Below, piece after piece: positions 34,705 through 46,101 of a DNA stretch of 64,000 nt. The position numbers were made by a program, and so were the translations under genes. Every line of letters starts with the position of its first letter. Position 1 is the first letter of the stretch. Below the pieces are notes generated by a model. It did not search any database. It was not told where the DNA came from and saw nothing but the letters and a program-made list of their open reading frames with translations. This stretch comes from Ramazzottius varieornatus (Eukaryota; Animalia; Tardigrada), in the NCBI GenBank assembly GCA_001949185.1, contig BDGG01000003.1, forward strand, positions 5,205,092 through 5,269,091. Direction: 5' to 3'.

Positions 34705-35190
34705 TAGGGTTGTTAATAATGGATGGCTAACGGTTAAACGGATGGATCAGCGGATGGTTGGGTTTCCTATCCGGATTGGATGGAGCCTCTATCCGGACAG
34801 ATACTGGATGGCTGGACTTGCCAATCGGATGATCCGAATTGCAACCGGGCAGCGGTTCACACTAAGAAATCGTTATTTTGCAGCCTGGAACGGCTCAGAG
34901 CCGGCCCAGTTTGGTTCCAAAGTTGGGGTTCATCAGCTGCATGCCCTATTCGAGCGGAGAGTTTACTCAAAACCCGACCCGGACTGAATGCTGGAAAGTC
35001 AGACTGGCTGGTCTCTCTAAGCTGGCCTGACAGAGCAGGCTATGGCTCCAACCAGATGAAGATTTGGTTGGATGGACTTACCATCCGGATCCGAACCGGA
35101 TGGTTGGTATCCCTATCCAGTTGGCGGCTGGATGGTTGGGAAGCTCATCCAATCCAGATTTTATCCGGATGGATAAAATTCCCATTCTAG
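34705..35190. repeat. GGAT/ATCC-rich (ATCCGGAT) degenerate repeat, probable TE end or MITE
   Basis: Dense ggatgg, atccggat and tggctgg motifs at both ends; starts TAGGG; matching TIR/TSD not found. Confidence 0.5.
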
Positions 35191-35584
35191 ATTCTGTCCC
35201 TCTTTGTTCCCGTTTTTGTCCACATCTCGTTCTTTTATGCGGAATCTGAGACTGGGGCCAGCAAGACTTTTGTTCAGCGGGTGATTCTACGCTAACGTGG
35301 TTCTATCCGATTAGATCTCGTGTCATGTGTTGGCGCAAAGAGAATCCTTCTTAATTCGGGCACTTCGGGCAACACCGGGTAAATTCGGCCAATTATGGTG
35401 AAAACTGAAAGCCGTCATCCAGCCCCATGAGGATGGATATGAAAGAGTACCGCATTAAAAAGGAGGGAGCTAGCTTCGTTAAGATTCGATCCCAAGCAAT
35501 GATCCACACTAGTCAATCGCCTAGACACCCACCGTATCGGGCCCCACCGTCTTCGAACGCCAAAGGATACTTCTCTCCCTGATC

Positions 35585-38500
35585 ATGGAAGATATGAGCC
35601 TTGCTCAGTTGCGCATCAGCTCGAACTTTTCTCGCACCAACAACGAGAGCTTGACCGCCGCTTCTAGCAACAACGAGCTGATCGGAATACGCTTGACTTT
35701 CGTCGTGGCAATGATCGTGTTCAGCGTAGCGGGGCTCTTCGGGAACTTGATGGCAAGTCTCCTCCGTAATTCTCTTACTAACCATCTACCGGCAATGCGG
35801 CTTTTAGCCATCGTACTTTGCAGATTATTTTCACCATTCTTCTGGCAACAGACCTTCGTACCACCAGAAACGTAGGTTGTCCAACCATTTCCGGAAAAAT
35901 AATATCGCCTTAATCTGTTTTCTTGTGAAGCCGGCTAGCTGGTGGATCGCATTAGCTTTGTTTTTGACGCAGGCTTTCCTGATGAATCTTTCCGTCTCGG
36001 ATCTGGTCCTAATCAGCATCGTGGTCCCCTTTAACGTCATCAGTAAGTTCTTTGTAGATCTTACTTCTTCTAAAGGTCACGGTGTCAGGGCGGTCACGCA
36101 ACCCTATAGATTAGTTAAGGCGAAGGACTGGAACGTGACTTCAGTTAATTTGCTTAATTGTTCTCAATGCTGGATAAAACTGTTATTAATCGTGTTATAA
36201 GAACGTTTTAAGTTATTTGGTGACGGATGCAGGCGTGCTACGTGGTGGGCATTATTGGCACAACCGGACGAACCTTTGCATGTTCGTGGCCAGCATCTGT
36301 GCTCCGGCATGTCTCTCGGCTATTTGGTCCAACGCCGGAGTCGCATTCAACAGGTACGTCGACTAATCCAGGTTACAGCAATGTCTGAGCATGAATAGTT
36401 GTAACCCGTTGGCAGTTCACTGATATGCACATTTGCCTGCTTTTCCTTACGCTTTGTTGGACGCAACTATTTGAATAATGCTCAGAAAAATAGGTTATTT
36501 GCTTCAGGATGCCTGGATTAAAATTCCGACGCGGTAACTGTAGAACTAGTGAATTACTCATTTACGGTATCGAATGGTTATGGTGTTACTGTAGTTTCTG
36601 CTTTGAAGTAGAGATGTACGGCTCGCCCAAGCCAACTTGCTACCACTCATCAAATCAAGGCTTTCTCGAGTCGATTCGAAGTCCACTTCGAAACCGAATT
36701 CTCCTGCTTTAACATGCTATTTTCCACCTCCGTGAAATTCACTGGCCAGAAGTCTGTGTACAGAAATTCGGGATTGACATAAAAACTCGGGGAGGTGCAG
36801 GGTGAACAATGCACCAACTTCAGTCGTTTTTGGGTCCGTGTTCGAAAAATTATTTTCCAGTTTTCCGTTACGGTACGATCTTGCGGTACGGTTGTTGAAA
36901 ATAACTAGAACAGACGTCGAACTCCTGGAAAAAAGATTGGAAGTGCACGTTTGCCGTTCTGGAACACTCCTAGAAATTTGGCCAGAAACGAGTTTTCCCG
37001 GCAAAAAGGAGGAATTCGACGGTCTTTCTTGATTCTTTCCGACCACCAACACAGTTATGCGTGTGTTTGCGTCAGTTTGGCGATGAAAACTCTACCCGGG
37101 AATGTTTGCAGACAGCATTTTACCTGCTGCGGTATGTCTTCAACACCGGAAGTCATACTGTTCAACTTTTTCGAGCTATTCCCCAATACGAGGGAAAGGT
37201 TCTAAAGTTAGCCGCCCTATACCGGGTTTGTATAGTTAGCCGTCCAAGTTCGCCTGTTCTCTACTACTCAATCCCAAACTTTCAAAGATAGATCGATAGA
37301 TGAAATAATGAGCTGTCGAATGGTATTAGGCACAATCAACACGAGGAGTCAGAGAATCCAAGAGATCCGCAATTAAAAGAACGTTGAAATCTCGTGTTAA
37401 ACAGCCAAGACTGACAATCAAATAGTCAATCAAGCTATAGACGCTGCAGGCGTGGCTAACTTTGCAAACACGGCATGTGGTGGCTAAGTTTACAACCTTT
37501 ACCTCGTACAGTAAAAAGTATTATAGCACAGTCAAAGCAGCTTTGAAAGTTGCACGAAACGTGCGAAAGCACGAATGGTAAGGTCGTACTTTGAATTTTT
37601 CAGCGTGGAAATGCCAGGTGGTAGCAAGTTGGCTTGGGCGGGATGTATTTGATAGTTATTGGATTGCGAGAATCCAACCGCTGGTAAACAGATATGAAGA
37701 GAAACCCAATTCGCGGGTCGGCACCCTAACGGGTACTGTTGCCGCCGAGGGAGGCTCAAAGGGAAGAAGACGGGAACTGGGATGATGGCAGCTCGTATCC
37801 CAAGTTCCCAACCATTGAATTACTCCCTGAGACTCAGAATGCAATGCTATAGCCTTATCTCCTTCTTTCGTGACCTACTTTCGCTTCTCCTCAGTCACAT
37901 TCCATTCACAAGCTTATCTCCACTAATGTTGTACTTTGCCCTTCACTGGGCAAAGTTCAACAGAGGGGTTCAAACACAAACTTACGAACAAAACCAGCTC
38001 CGCAACGACAGCTTGTGCCCATGTTAGACCACCTGAAGTGGTTTTACATGGGATAACATGGGGTATCAAGTCGCATGCAAGGTTTATTAGTAAGCTCTGC
38101 GAGCATCACTTAATAACCTCACACTGTATCGGCGGCAACAATAAACAGATATGAAGAGAAAACTAAAACAAGATTATCGTATAACTCCGCATGACAGGAA
38201 AACATTTGTGATCAGTGATGTTTCACGAACGAATCGTCTGGTTTCAGCTTTCCACCTACAGTAGCTTCAGTTTACCCAACAGAAACAAACAAATTAATTT
38301 GCTGACAAATCAATCCGTAGCAAGGTTATAACCCTACACTTCGGGAAAGTACCCGTTTTCTGAATTACCGTTGAAACAACCCTGTACGTATCAGATTCCT
38401 TGCAGGTACTTTTACATCTGCCATTTCGGAAGCTACTCCAAGTACTTCAGCCCAGTCAAGACCTGCTTGTGGATCCTTGCAATCTGGATCATCTCCTTCT

Positions 38501-39379
38501 CCATCCACCTCCCCAATCACCTAGGGTAGACCATTTCGCCGTGTGCTATTCTTCCATCAAACTCAACTCAATAAGAGTGATTTCCGAAGCGGCGCACAGT
38601 GTCGGTGTCAATAACTGGAAGCATGCGCCACTTGAGAAAACAATCTGCTCGATTTCAATTGTTTTGCGCAGTCGCGCACGTTTACAGGGTTTTTTAGGGG
38701 CGGGGACGCGCGTCACTTAAAAGGCGAACTCGACCAGTCTTTCCTGATAACTAAGCTTGCTGCTGTTCATAGATGGGGACACAACGGCTACGCGGAGCAG
38801 TTCTACCTGTGCACCCGAGAAATGACCATGTGGTCCTACTCCACATTCTACTCCGCAGTCGGCATCGTTCTCCCTCTAGCCATCAGCTTCTACTCCTACT
38901 GCCGCATCTACGCCCTAGTCCGCAACACGACCCAAGCTCGAAACAAGATCACTTCCGCTCAGCCCAGCCAAGCCGGTATCGAAGTGACCAAGGGACAATT
39001 CCGTGCCGAGCTGCAACTGGTCAAGACCCTCTTCCGCTCCTTTGCGGTCTGCTGCGTGGCATGGATGCCTTTAGCCATCCTTCTCGTGTTACCCGCATCA
39101 GTTAGCGGCATTCCAGCCTGGGTCTACCTCGCCACGGTCTTTTTGTCTCACGGCAGCACAGCCACGAATGCCATACTGTACTTCTGCACCAATGACAGCT
39201 TCAAGAAGGGGTTGAAGACATTCGTTCGGAAAGTACGCGGAAGAGCCACGCAAGCGGCGCCTTCGTCTGTAGGACAGCACGGTGCAACGAACCATCAACG
39301 AGCTAGCCGACCAAGCGAAGGTGGACAGCAAGAAAGGGGGCAAGCCTTTACCATCACCGGAGCTTCAAAAACCAAATAA
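35585..39379 (+). CDS. Class A GPCR, melatonin-receptor-like, 6 exons (first intron GC-AG)
   Basis: GLFGNLM|IIFTILLATDLRTTRN|AFLMNLSVSDL..|..CMFVASIC..VAFNR|YFYICH..|..CVAWMPL..STATNAILYF; NRY..C and NAxxY variants are typical of the melatonin-receptor clade. Confidence 0.88.
38580..38735. repeat. AAGTGGCGCAC foldback element, 2 units, last GPCR intron
   Basis: aagcggcgcac..atgcgccacttg; agtcgcgcacg..cgcgcgtcactt. Confidence 0.75.
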
Positions 39380-39530
39380 CACACAGTGCAAAATATTCTT
39401 GAAAAAATACCCCCACAAAAAAATCCAATGACCGAATTATCGACAGATTATCAACGGAGTGTGGAACTCCATTCAGCATCAAAACATACCACCGTGCTGT
39501 GTTATACAGTCATAACGGACGAAACCAGAA

Positions 39531-39738
39531 GGGACGTCGGCAAATGATTTCAACCAGATCGTTTTCCTCGAGTGGCGCACGTCTATGGTTTTATTGGTTG
39601 GAGCCGTGCGCCACTCGGGAAACGATACCAGAACTCGACAAGATCGCCTCTCAAATGGGGCGCGCTATCAGTGTAATTAGCTGAGAGCGTGCGCCACTTC
39701 GGAAAACGATGCGGATTTATTCATTTGCCGATGTTCCC
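39531..39738. repeat. AAGTGGCGCAC foldback element, 2 units, between convergent gene ends
   Basis: Arms gggacgtcggcaaatga / tcatttgccgatgttccc; cgagtggcgcacg..cgtgcgccactcg. Confidence 0.88.
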
Positions 39739-39763
39739 AGATTGCCATTGGTCTGAACTGAAG

Positions 39764-42329
39764 TCAATCATTTCTAAAACGTGTCACCTTTCTCTTTGGC
39801 ATTGTATTGTTGTAAGAATATCTTGTGTCATTGACATTTTGTGCATAGCGTTCATCATTCCGTACAACCTCGTAAAGCTGGTCGCGAGTTTTCCGTACTC
39901 GATTCAGAATGTCCTTCTTCGACCTACATCCGATAATGCAAACGCTAGAGTGTTATTGCCCAACAGGAAGAGGATGAAGTAAGGTAGCGTGGGTTACTGG
40001 TAGGTCTGTAATTGCAGTTGTATGATTGATTGCACTCACTGTAAAGCAGCCCTGAGTTGCTCAATCTTCTCATTAGCTCCATGAAGGAGTCCAGTCTTCT
40101 CAGCCAGTTCCTTCCGAACTTCCGTCAGGTTATGACTCAGATCGTCAATGACGCTCTGTTTAATTCCATCTGAAACGATAATCAGATCTTCAAACATACA
40201 CCCGACCACGCTGACACAACTGGGAGGCTGGCAGACGAAAGGTACCACATTGTTATTCCCGTTGCGCACCCTCGCATCCATCAGCAATAACAAAGTGTGC
40301 TACTTGGTGAAAACAATCGAACTCCGACAATCATTTTCTCAACTGGCGCACACTATCAGCCGAGAACACTGAAACGGTGCGCCACTTCGAAAAACAATCT
40401 CTTACACTTCGTTCGGCGACCTCGAATACATTATACATCAGTGGAGTTTCTTACCGGAAGTCGGAAGATTGGTACTGTTCGCGGGGGTCCTTTCGTACGC
40501 TTCCAGCCGAGCATCCTTCTCGTTGACAGCTTGAGTAAGCTTGGTAATTTCTGCATCGGTTTCTTCCTTCAGAGTCTCGTACTGCTTCAGTATGATCTGT
40601 AAACAGCGCAACAATGAAAATTGACAATCAGAGAACAGAAAGCAACAAACAACACAACTAAATTTTCCGACGACGTTAGAAGCATACGTTATTACGGTCC
40701 TGTAGGAAGCTGATCTGGTCCTTCAGCTGGACAATGGCTTCCAAAGCTTTCCGAAGCTTGTGCTTGTTCTCCTCATAGTCGTGTGTCTGAGCTGCCATGC
40801 TGATCTGCAGCTTGGTGAATTCTTGGGACAGCGCCGACTGATCTGTGGCCACCCTGACGAAAAAAGACGAAAAGCACCAATGAAATAGACACGACAAAAT
40901 TTTTGGACTGGGTTACCTGAAATCATAAGAGAACTTACTTGACTTCCGCCGCGTCAAGCTTACGTCTGAGGTCGTCCGACTCTTTACGGAAGATGTGTTT
41001 CTCGTCGGCCAGTGCTTCGTTCTGCTTCCGTAGGTCACTGAAAAGATTAAAGTTTAGTTGGATGATCAAAACAGCAATGGAAATTTCTCGACAGAAGAGT
41101 TTTCAGACCTGATTTGGGATTCGTAAGAGCGGACCTGCTTCCTGATGGTAGAGTTCAGTTCCTGCATCTTTTCGCTGTCCATTTTTTTGATTACTTTCTG
41201 GAAGGAATGAAGGTAGTGTGCGCGATCTTTCTCGCTGCAAAGACAAACCCACATAGATTTATGAGTATCGTTTATCAGCATGGATAATGATGGATTACGA
41301 GAACCGGAAGTAGACCGGAAGTGGACTTACTGAATTTTCCTAGCGTCGACCAGCAGCTTTTCCCTACCATCTTCCAGACTGGCGACTCGACTATTGATAG
41401 TAGCCAACTGGGTTCTGAGATCGTGGTTAGCTTTCTCCAAATACTCATTTCTGCCCGCCAGAAACGACTTGTCTTTCTGGAGAAGGTTGCTTCTATCCGT
41501 CGCGCTCTGTAACTCCGCTTTCAGCTTGTCCACTCGCCTCAGAAACTTTTCCACATTATTCCTACGATAGAACATGAAATTTCTACCATAAATCAACGAC
41601 TGAAAAAATGATCTATGAATAATATCTTCATGATTCGTCGTCAGTCATTCGCTCAAAAACCTGCATACACCGAGCCCCACGGTTCATGGAGTGGGCCAGT
41701 ATGCAGGTTGACGAAGCCGAAGGCATATTTTTCTGCTCAAACGCTTAACCTTTCCCGACTTCCATTCGGGACGTTCCTCAAGTCAAACGGAAGTTCGACT
41801 TCCGTTCCACTACTCCGAAAAGAAAATGTCCGATATCCGTAGTCTTTTTTCGTCGAAAGGAGGTCTGGTACAGTCGATAATCGGGCCGAAGAGACATCTC
41901 TGCGAGCGCAGAAAAACACTTTAATCATGGAGACACTGTTCCTTTTCGAGCATATCGACTTACGAGCGTGGACTCACCGCGTCCACCGAGCTCCAGTCCA
42001 TGGTGTCGGCTGTTGTTCGAGGTGGTGCAGCATCTTCGTCTCCTGAAGGTCGGACGTCAGGGACAGAATCCAAAAGCTGCGTGCCATCTCCCACAATCTG
42101 GCAACGGGAAAGAATGTCACGCGACTTACTTCGTCAATCGACGAGCGTCCGAGTTACCAATCTTCATTCAAGCAGAAGATGAGCCACTTACCTTGCCGAT
42201 CGTTTCCATGTAGGACCGGAATTTGACATCAAGCAGGAGAGCATCTTGATCTCTGGAAAGGCTAGCAGCGGGAATCTTGCTTCGCTTGCTGGTGGCGCGC
42301 AGCCCGCTGTCGCCTTCGCCGAGTTCCAT
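39764..42329 (-). CDS. Multi-exon coiled-coil protein, family unassigned
   Basis: Exons with heptad character (VDKLKAELQSATDRSNLLQKDKSFLAGRNEYLEKANHDLRTQL; LTEVRKELAEKTGLLHGANEKIEQLRAAL) and canonical GT-AG junctions; ATG at 42329, TGA at 39764. Confidence 0.7.
40250..40420. repeat. AAGTGGCGCAC foldback element, 2 units, intron of coiled-coil gene
   Basis: gttgcgcac..gtgtgctacttgg; caactggcgcac..gtgcgccacttc. Confidence 0.75.
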
Positions 42330-42505
42330 AATCTCTCAGTGCAGCTATTGACAGATCCTGCAATCAAAACTGGCTCGGTTGATGGTCAAAGTGTTGATTA
42401 ACGTTTTGATCCAGACATTCAGCTAAAGGACGAACATCGAAGAGGAAAGTTGAAGGAACAAACAGAGAGCTGCTGCCTGCTTGTGGTCAAATCCAAGAAA
42501 ATCAA

Positions 42506-42760
42506 CATAGCTGATCAATCAAGGCATGCACCATGCAGAAGGAAAGATCCGTTATCACGTCACTGCGGGGTACCGGAAGTCTCAGTACAGTATCAGCCAC
42601 CCGTATTCGTTGCGATGACCGCCAGTGGATGGACCCGCTTCACCACGCGCTTCATAGCTGATCAATCAAGGCATGCACCATGCAGAAGGAAAGATCCGTT
42701 ATCACGTCACTGCGGGGTACCGGAAGTCTCAGTACAGTATCAGCCACCCGTATTCGTTGC
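42506..42760. repeat. Perfect 108-bp direct repeat pair (42506-42613, 42653-42760) separated by a 39-bp insert
   Basis: Both copies read catagctgatcaatc...gtattcgttgc with no difference seen; 42613-42650 equals 47104-47141. Confidence 0.95.
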
Positions 42761-43798
42761 ACTTTTGTAACTGTTGGACCATCTCTTCTTCTTTCAATCT
42801 TGTCAGGCTTATTCTGGTTTTTCCCCCAAAGATGGCTGCTGTGATGAAGGACTATGAAGAGCGACGTAAGGATTCCTGGAAGTGGTAGAAATGGAAACGT
42901 GCAAAGCTTGTGGCGACCAGCTACCAAAGATGCCCAGCAGGAGGGGAAAAATCCAGCATTTTAGAGCTTTCATCAAGGTTGCGGCGAAGTTTAAGGAGGA
43001 CACGGAACACCTGGATGAAACGCGTAAGATTTAACGATGCACAATTCTTCGAATTGAAAAACTCAAAGCGACTTTCACGTTGTATGTGATGGAAAGAGTC
43101 ATGGGCGACTTTGGGAGGGGTATCAGGCCAACTGGGCCGAATAAACCGCCGTCGGCACACGCCCTGGAAGCCCTGAACAGCGTGAGACTGTTCCAGTATC
43201 TGATTGGCCCTGCAGACCTGCTATAATCTATGTATTGTCTGGCTTGGAAAGTAAGAGGGACCAGAGCCGCCAACGTTTTGAAGGAGGAGGGCTTCCGCGC
43301 AAGGTTGATGAGAGCCTTTAAAAAACATCACCTATAAGAAGATGTTGTCATCGTGAAAAGTGCAATACAGCCCTCCTGAAGGAAATTGATGCCATCTGCA
43401 AACAACCGACCAGAGCGTATAAGAAGCCTCGAAAGAGTGCTTTGCAGTCCTTCGACTTGGAATGCTTCCGTGAGGGGAAGCCAGGCTTCGTCAATGAGAA
43501 GAGCGCGGTCATCTGCCATGGTGCTGACGGCGGCGGGTGTCGCCACCCAGAGAAAAACACCATCTATCCACCCTTTTTCGCCGCTGACTTCGCCCTGATG
43601 TACGTACGCGTTCTGTATCGATGAAAATGGTAACAGGATAAAAAGAGGATAATTTGAACAATCGAGGAAATTTTCGGAATAACTTTCAACAATTTGGCCT
43701 CGCGGAGGTGGGTGGCGAGCGAGGAAAAAAGAGAAATCCAACATGCGCATTTTTCGCCACATACTGCGCGAGGTTTCACGAGACCGACATGAGCACTT

Positions 43799-45807
43799 TT
43801 AAGATGATTCTTCCTCGCCTTGCTGCTCAACCCTGTCCGCTTCGACCATGGCGTACTCCCACCAAGCCAACAAGCGAAGCGTTAAAGGCTTCAGTGTCCC
43901 GAATTGTAAATCGTTCACATGGGGGATCTTGATGTCATCTCCGCCACACAGCTGAGGCTCATGTCTGCAACGAAAGCGGTGAACGAAACGTACAACAGTG
44001 TCATCCTAAGTCACGCACGTTGCTGCTGTCATTGATGGAAGCGTGCGCCATTTAACATGCCGAACTTGTGAGTAGCGCACATTCTCATTGCTATCGGCCG
44101 GAAGCGTGCGCCACTTGACCCATAGCAACCTCGTGCGTTTCGTTTGGCGTCCTCCCAGTGGACACAAATGTTTGCACATACCTTCTCAGGAGCCGGTCCA
44201 GCATATCAAAAGTCCTTAGCGTATCCTCCTGCCATCGTTGCGCTATCCTCTGTTTCAAAGTCTTACGATCGCTTCCGGACACAGGAGGCATAGCTTCTTG
44301 TAACGCTGGAGCCAAAAGTTGCAGAAACTCATCGACATCGCTCATGACACTGGAAAACTTTCGCAGCCGCGCACCACCATCCATACTCTCGTTTTCGGCG
44401 AACAGCCGACTAGGCATCATATCGGCTTGCGTAATATTCAGAGGTGAATCAGTCGAGGGACTGATTGAATCGTAGAGCAGGAACATGTACACACCATACA
44501 AGTACACATTCTGCAAGACTAAACGTTGCACACGTTGCAGAGCACTCCACAAGCCGCTACCGAAGATACCGATGTTGAAGGTTACACTACGAATGACGAC
44601 TGTCGATTGCGGACGGACGTTCTCCGGTCGAGGCCAGAAGTATCGCACGATTTGACCAATGGACAGACACTGCTGCTTGGAGGGTTGGTCGAACTCTGGA
44701 CGAGAAAAAGCCTTACTGACTGTAACTGCTTTAGCTGTGACTGCTTCGGTCATGACTGTTTTGGCCACTCGTTTGGGCATACTGCGTGGTCCATTTCCTC
44801 TTTTCTGTTCTGTAACGGTAGGCAGGTCTGCGCTTAGTGAGGCTTCCTCCGCACCAAGGATCAGAAGAACCCGGATGTATGGACCCATAGAAGCGTAAGC
44901 AGTCTTGTGGTAGACGAACGGTCCGCGAAACTGGCCGTCGGCAGGAGATGGTTCGACAAAGTGGATGACGACGCCTTTCTTCCGGTATTCGGGCAGGAAC
45001 TCGGTCAGCACCGTGCGAAACTTCCGGCAAACCCTGCCAATGCAAAATACGTGGACCAAGTAGAACATTTATTTATAAATATCGTCGAACAGTCGTCCCG
45101 ACCCTGAGCGTTTTGAACCTGTACAGGCCGTCTGCAACTGGATTCATCCGCACTGCCTTTTTTCCGAAGTGGCGCACTCTCTCAGCCAGTAACACTTGTA
45201 GCGTGCACCACTTGAGGAAACAGCCCAATCGGTGTTTGAAGATGGTTTTCCCAAGTGGCGCATGCGCTAAGCTGATATCAATGGAAATGTGCGCCACCTT
45301 AGATGACGCTCTGGATGAGATCATTTGCGGACGTCCCGTAATAAGATTTCATACCACCACAGCACAGTAAATACAACCATGAGAGTTCTTTCAAGGATTT
45401 GTTTTTATTTTGTACCTTTCACAAGTGATCAAAGAGGGGAAGTCCATATGACGAAAGATGTCCATCAGCAGGGAGTTCCTCACTCCACGGAAGCCTTTTG
45501 AAGCGAGGAAGCGGATGTTTTCTTCGAAGCTGTTGAGAGCATGTTGGTCAGGTGTCAGGACTTGCGCAGGCTGTGAAAGAAGGAATTGTTGTTGGTGCTG
45601 GAGGTCCACGTTATTCCACAACTTGATCTTCAGCTTCATAGTCTGGACTCCAGAAGAAAGCGCCATGTCGGCCACCACAGGAAGCTCGCATAATAAGACA
45701 GGTACCTTCGAGTTGGCTGGCTTGGTAGTGCTATCCAAAGTTGAGGTCTCGACGGGACGACCTCGCTTGGCGAAATACCGTCTCTTCTGTTGGTTACGGT
45801 CCTCCAT
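43799..45807 (-). CDS. F-box domain protein, 3 exons
   Basis: LLMDIFRHMDFPSLITCER|VCRKFRTV F-box split by a phase-2 intron; last exon RHEPQLCGG..LRLLAWWEY..EEESS*. Confidence 0.72.
44005..44140. repeat. AAGTGGCGCAC foldback element, 2 units, F-box gene intron 2
   Basis: aagtcacgcacg..cgtgcgccatt; gagtagcgcac..gtgcgccacttg. Confidence 0.75.
45160..45335. repeat. AAGTGGCGCAC foldback element, 2 units, F-box gene intron 1
   Basis: aagtggcgcac..gtgcaccactt; caagtggcgca..tgcgccacc. Confidence 0.8.
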
Positions 45808-46101
45808 TCTTGGTACTTTAGCGCTTCGGGAAAAAACCGGCAACAAGGGTGAAGGAATGATCAAGACAGCAAAAGCCCAACGTGGGAGCAAAGAAATGTG
45901 GATGGACAAGCAAGCTGGTATAGAGTGCAGGGAAGTAATCCTGACGACATTGAATCAAGCTACAACCGAAAGCTGTGCTGCACCGGCTTCGAACACAACA
46001 ACAGACGCGGATGTACCTAATGCCACTATATTCTTTTCTTTTATTCGCTCTCTGTTTCTGTGGTTTTACTGCAAGTGGTCACGGCTCACTTCCAATGGAT
46101 T

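Noticed and set aside
37685-38161. 20-bp direct repeat taaacagatatgaagagaaa, 457 bp apart in the long GPCR intron
   Set aside because: Real but isolated; no LTR, TIR or coding evidence to interpret it
42506-42760. CRISPR interpretation of the repeat-spacer-repeat
   Set aside because: Eukaryotic context, only two 108-bp repeats, no cas genes; better explained as a duplication with templated insertion or an artefact
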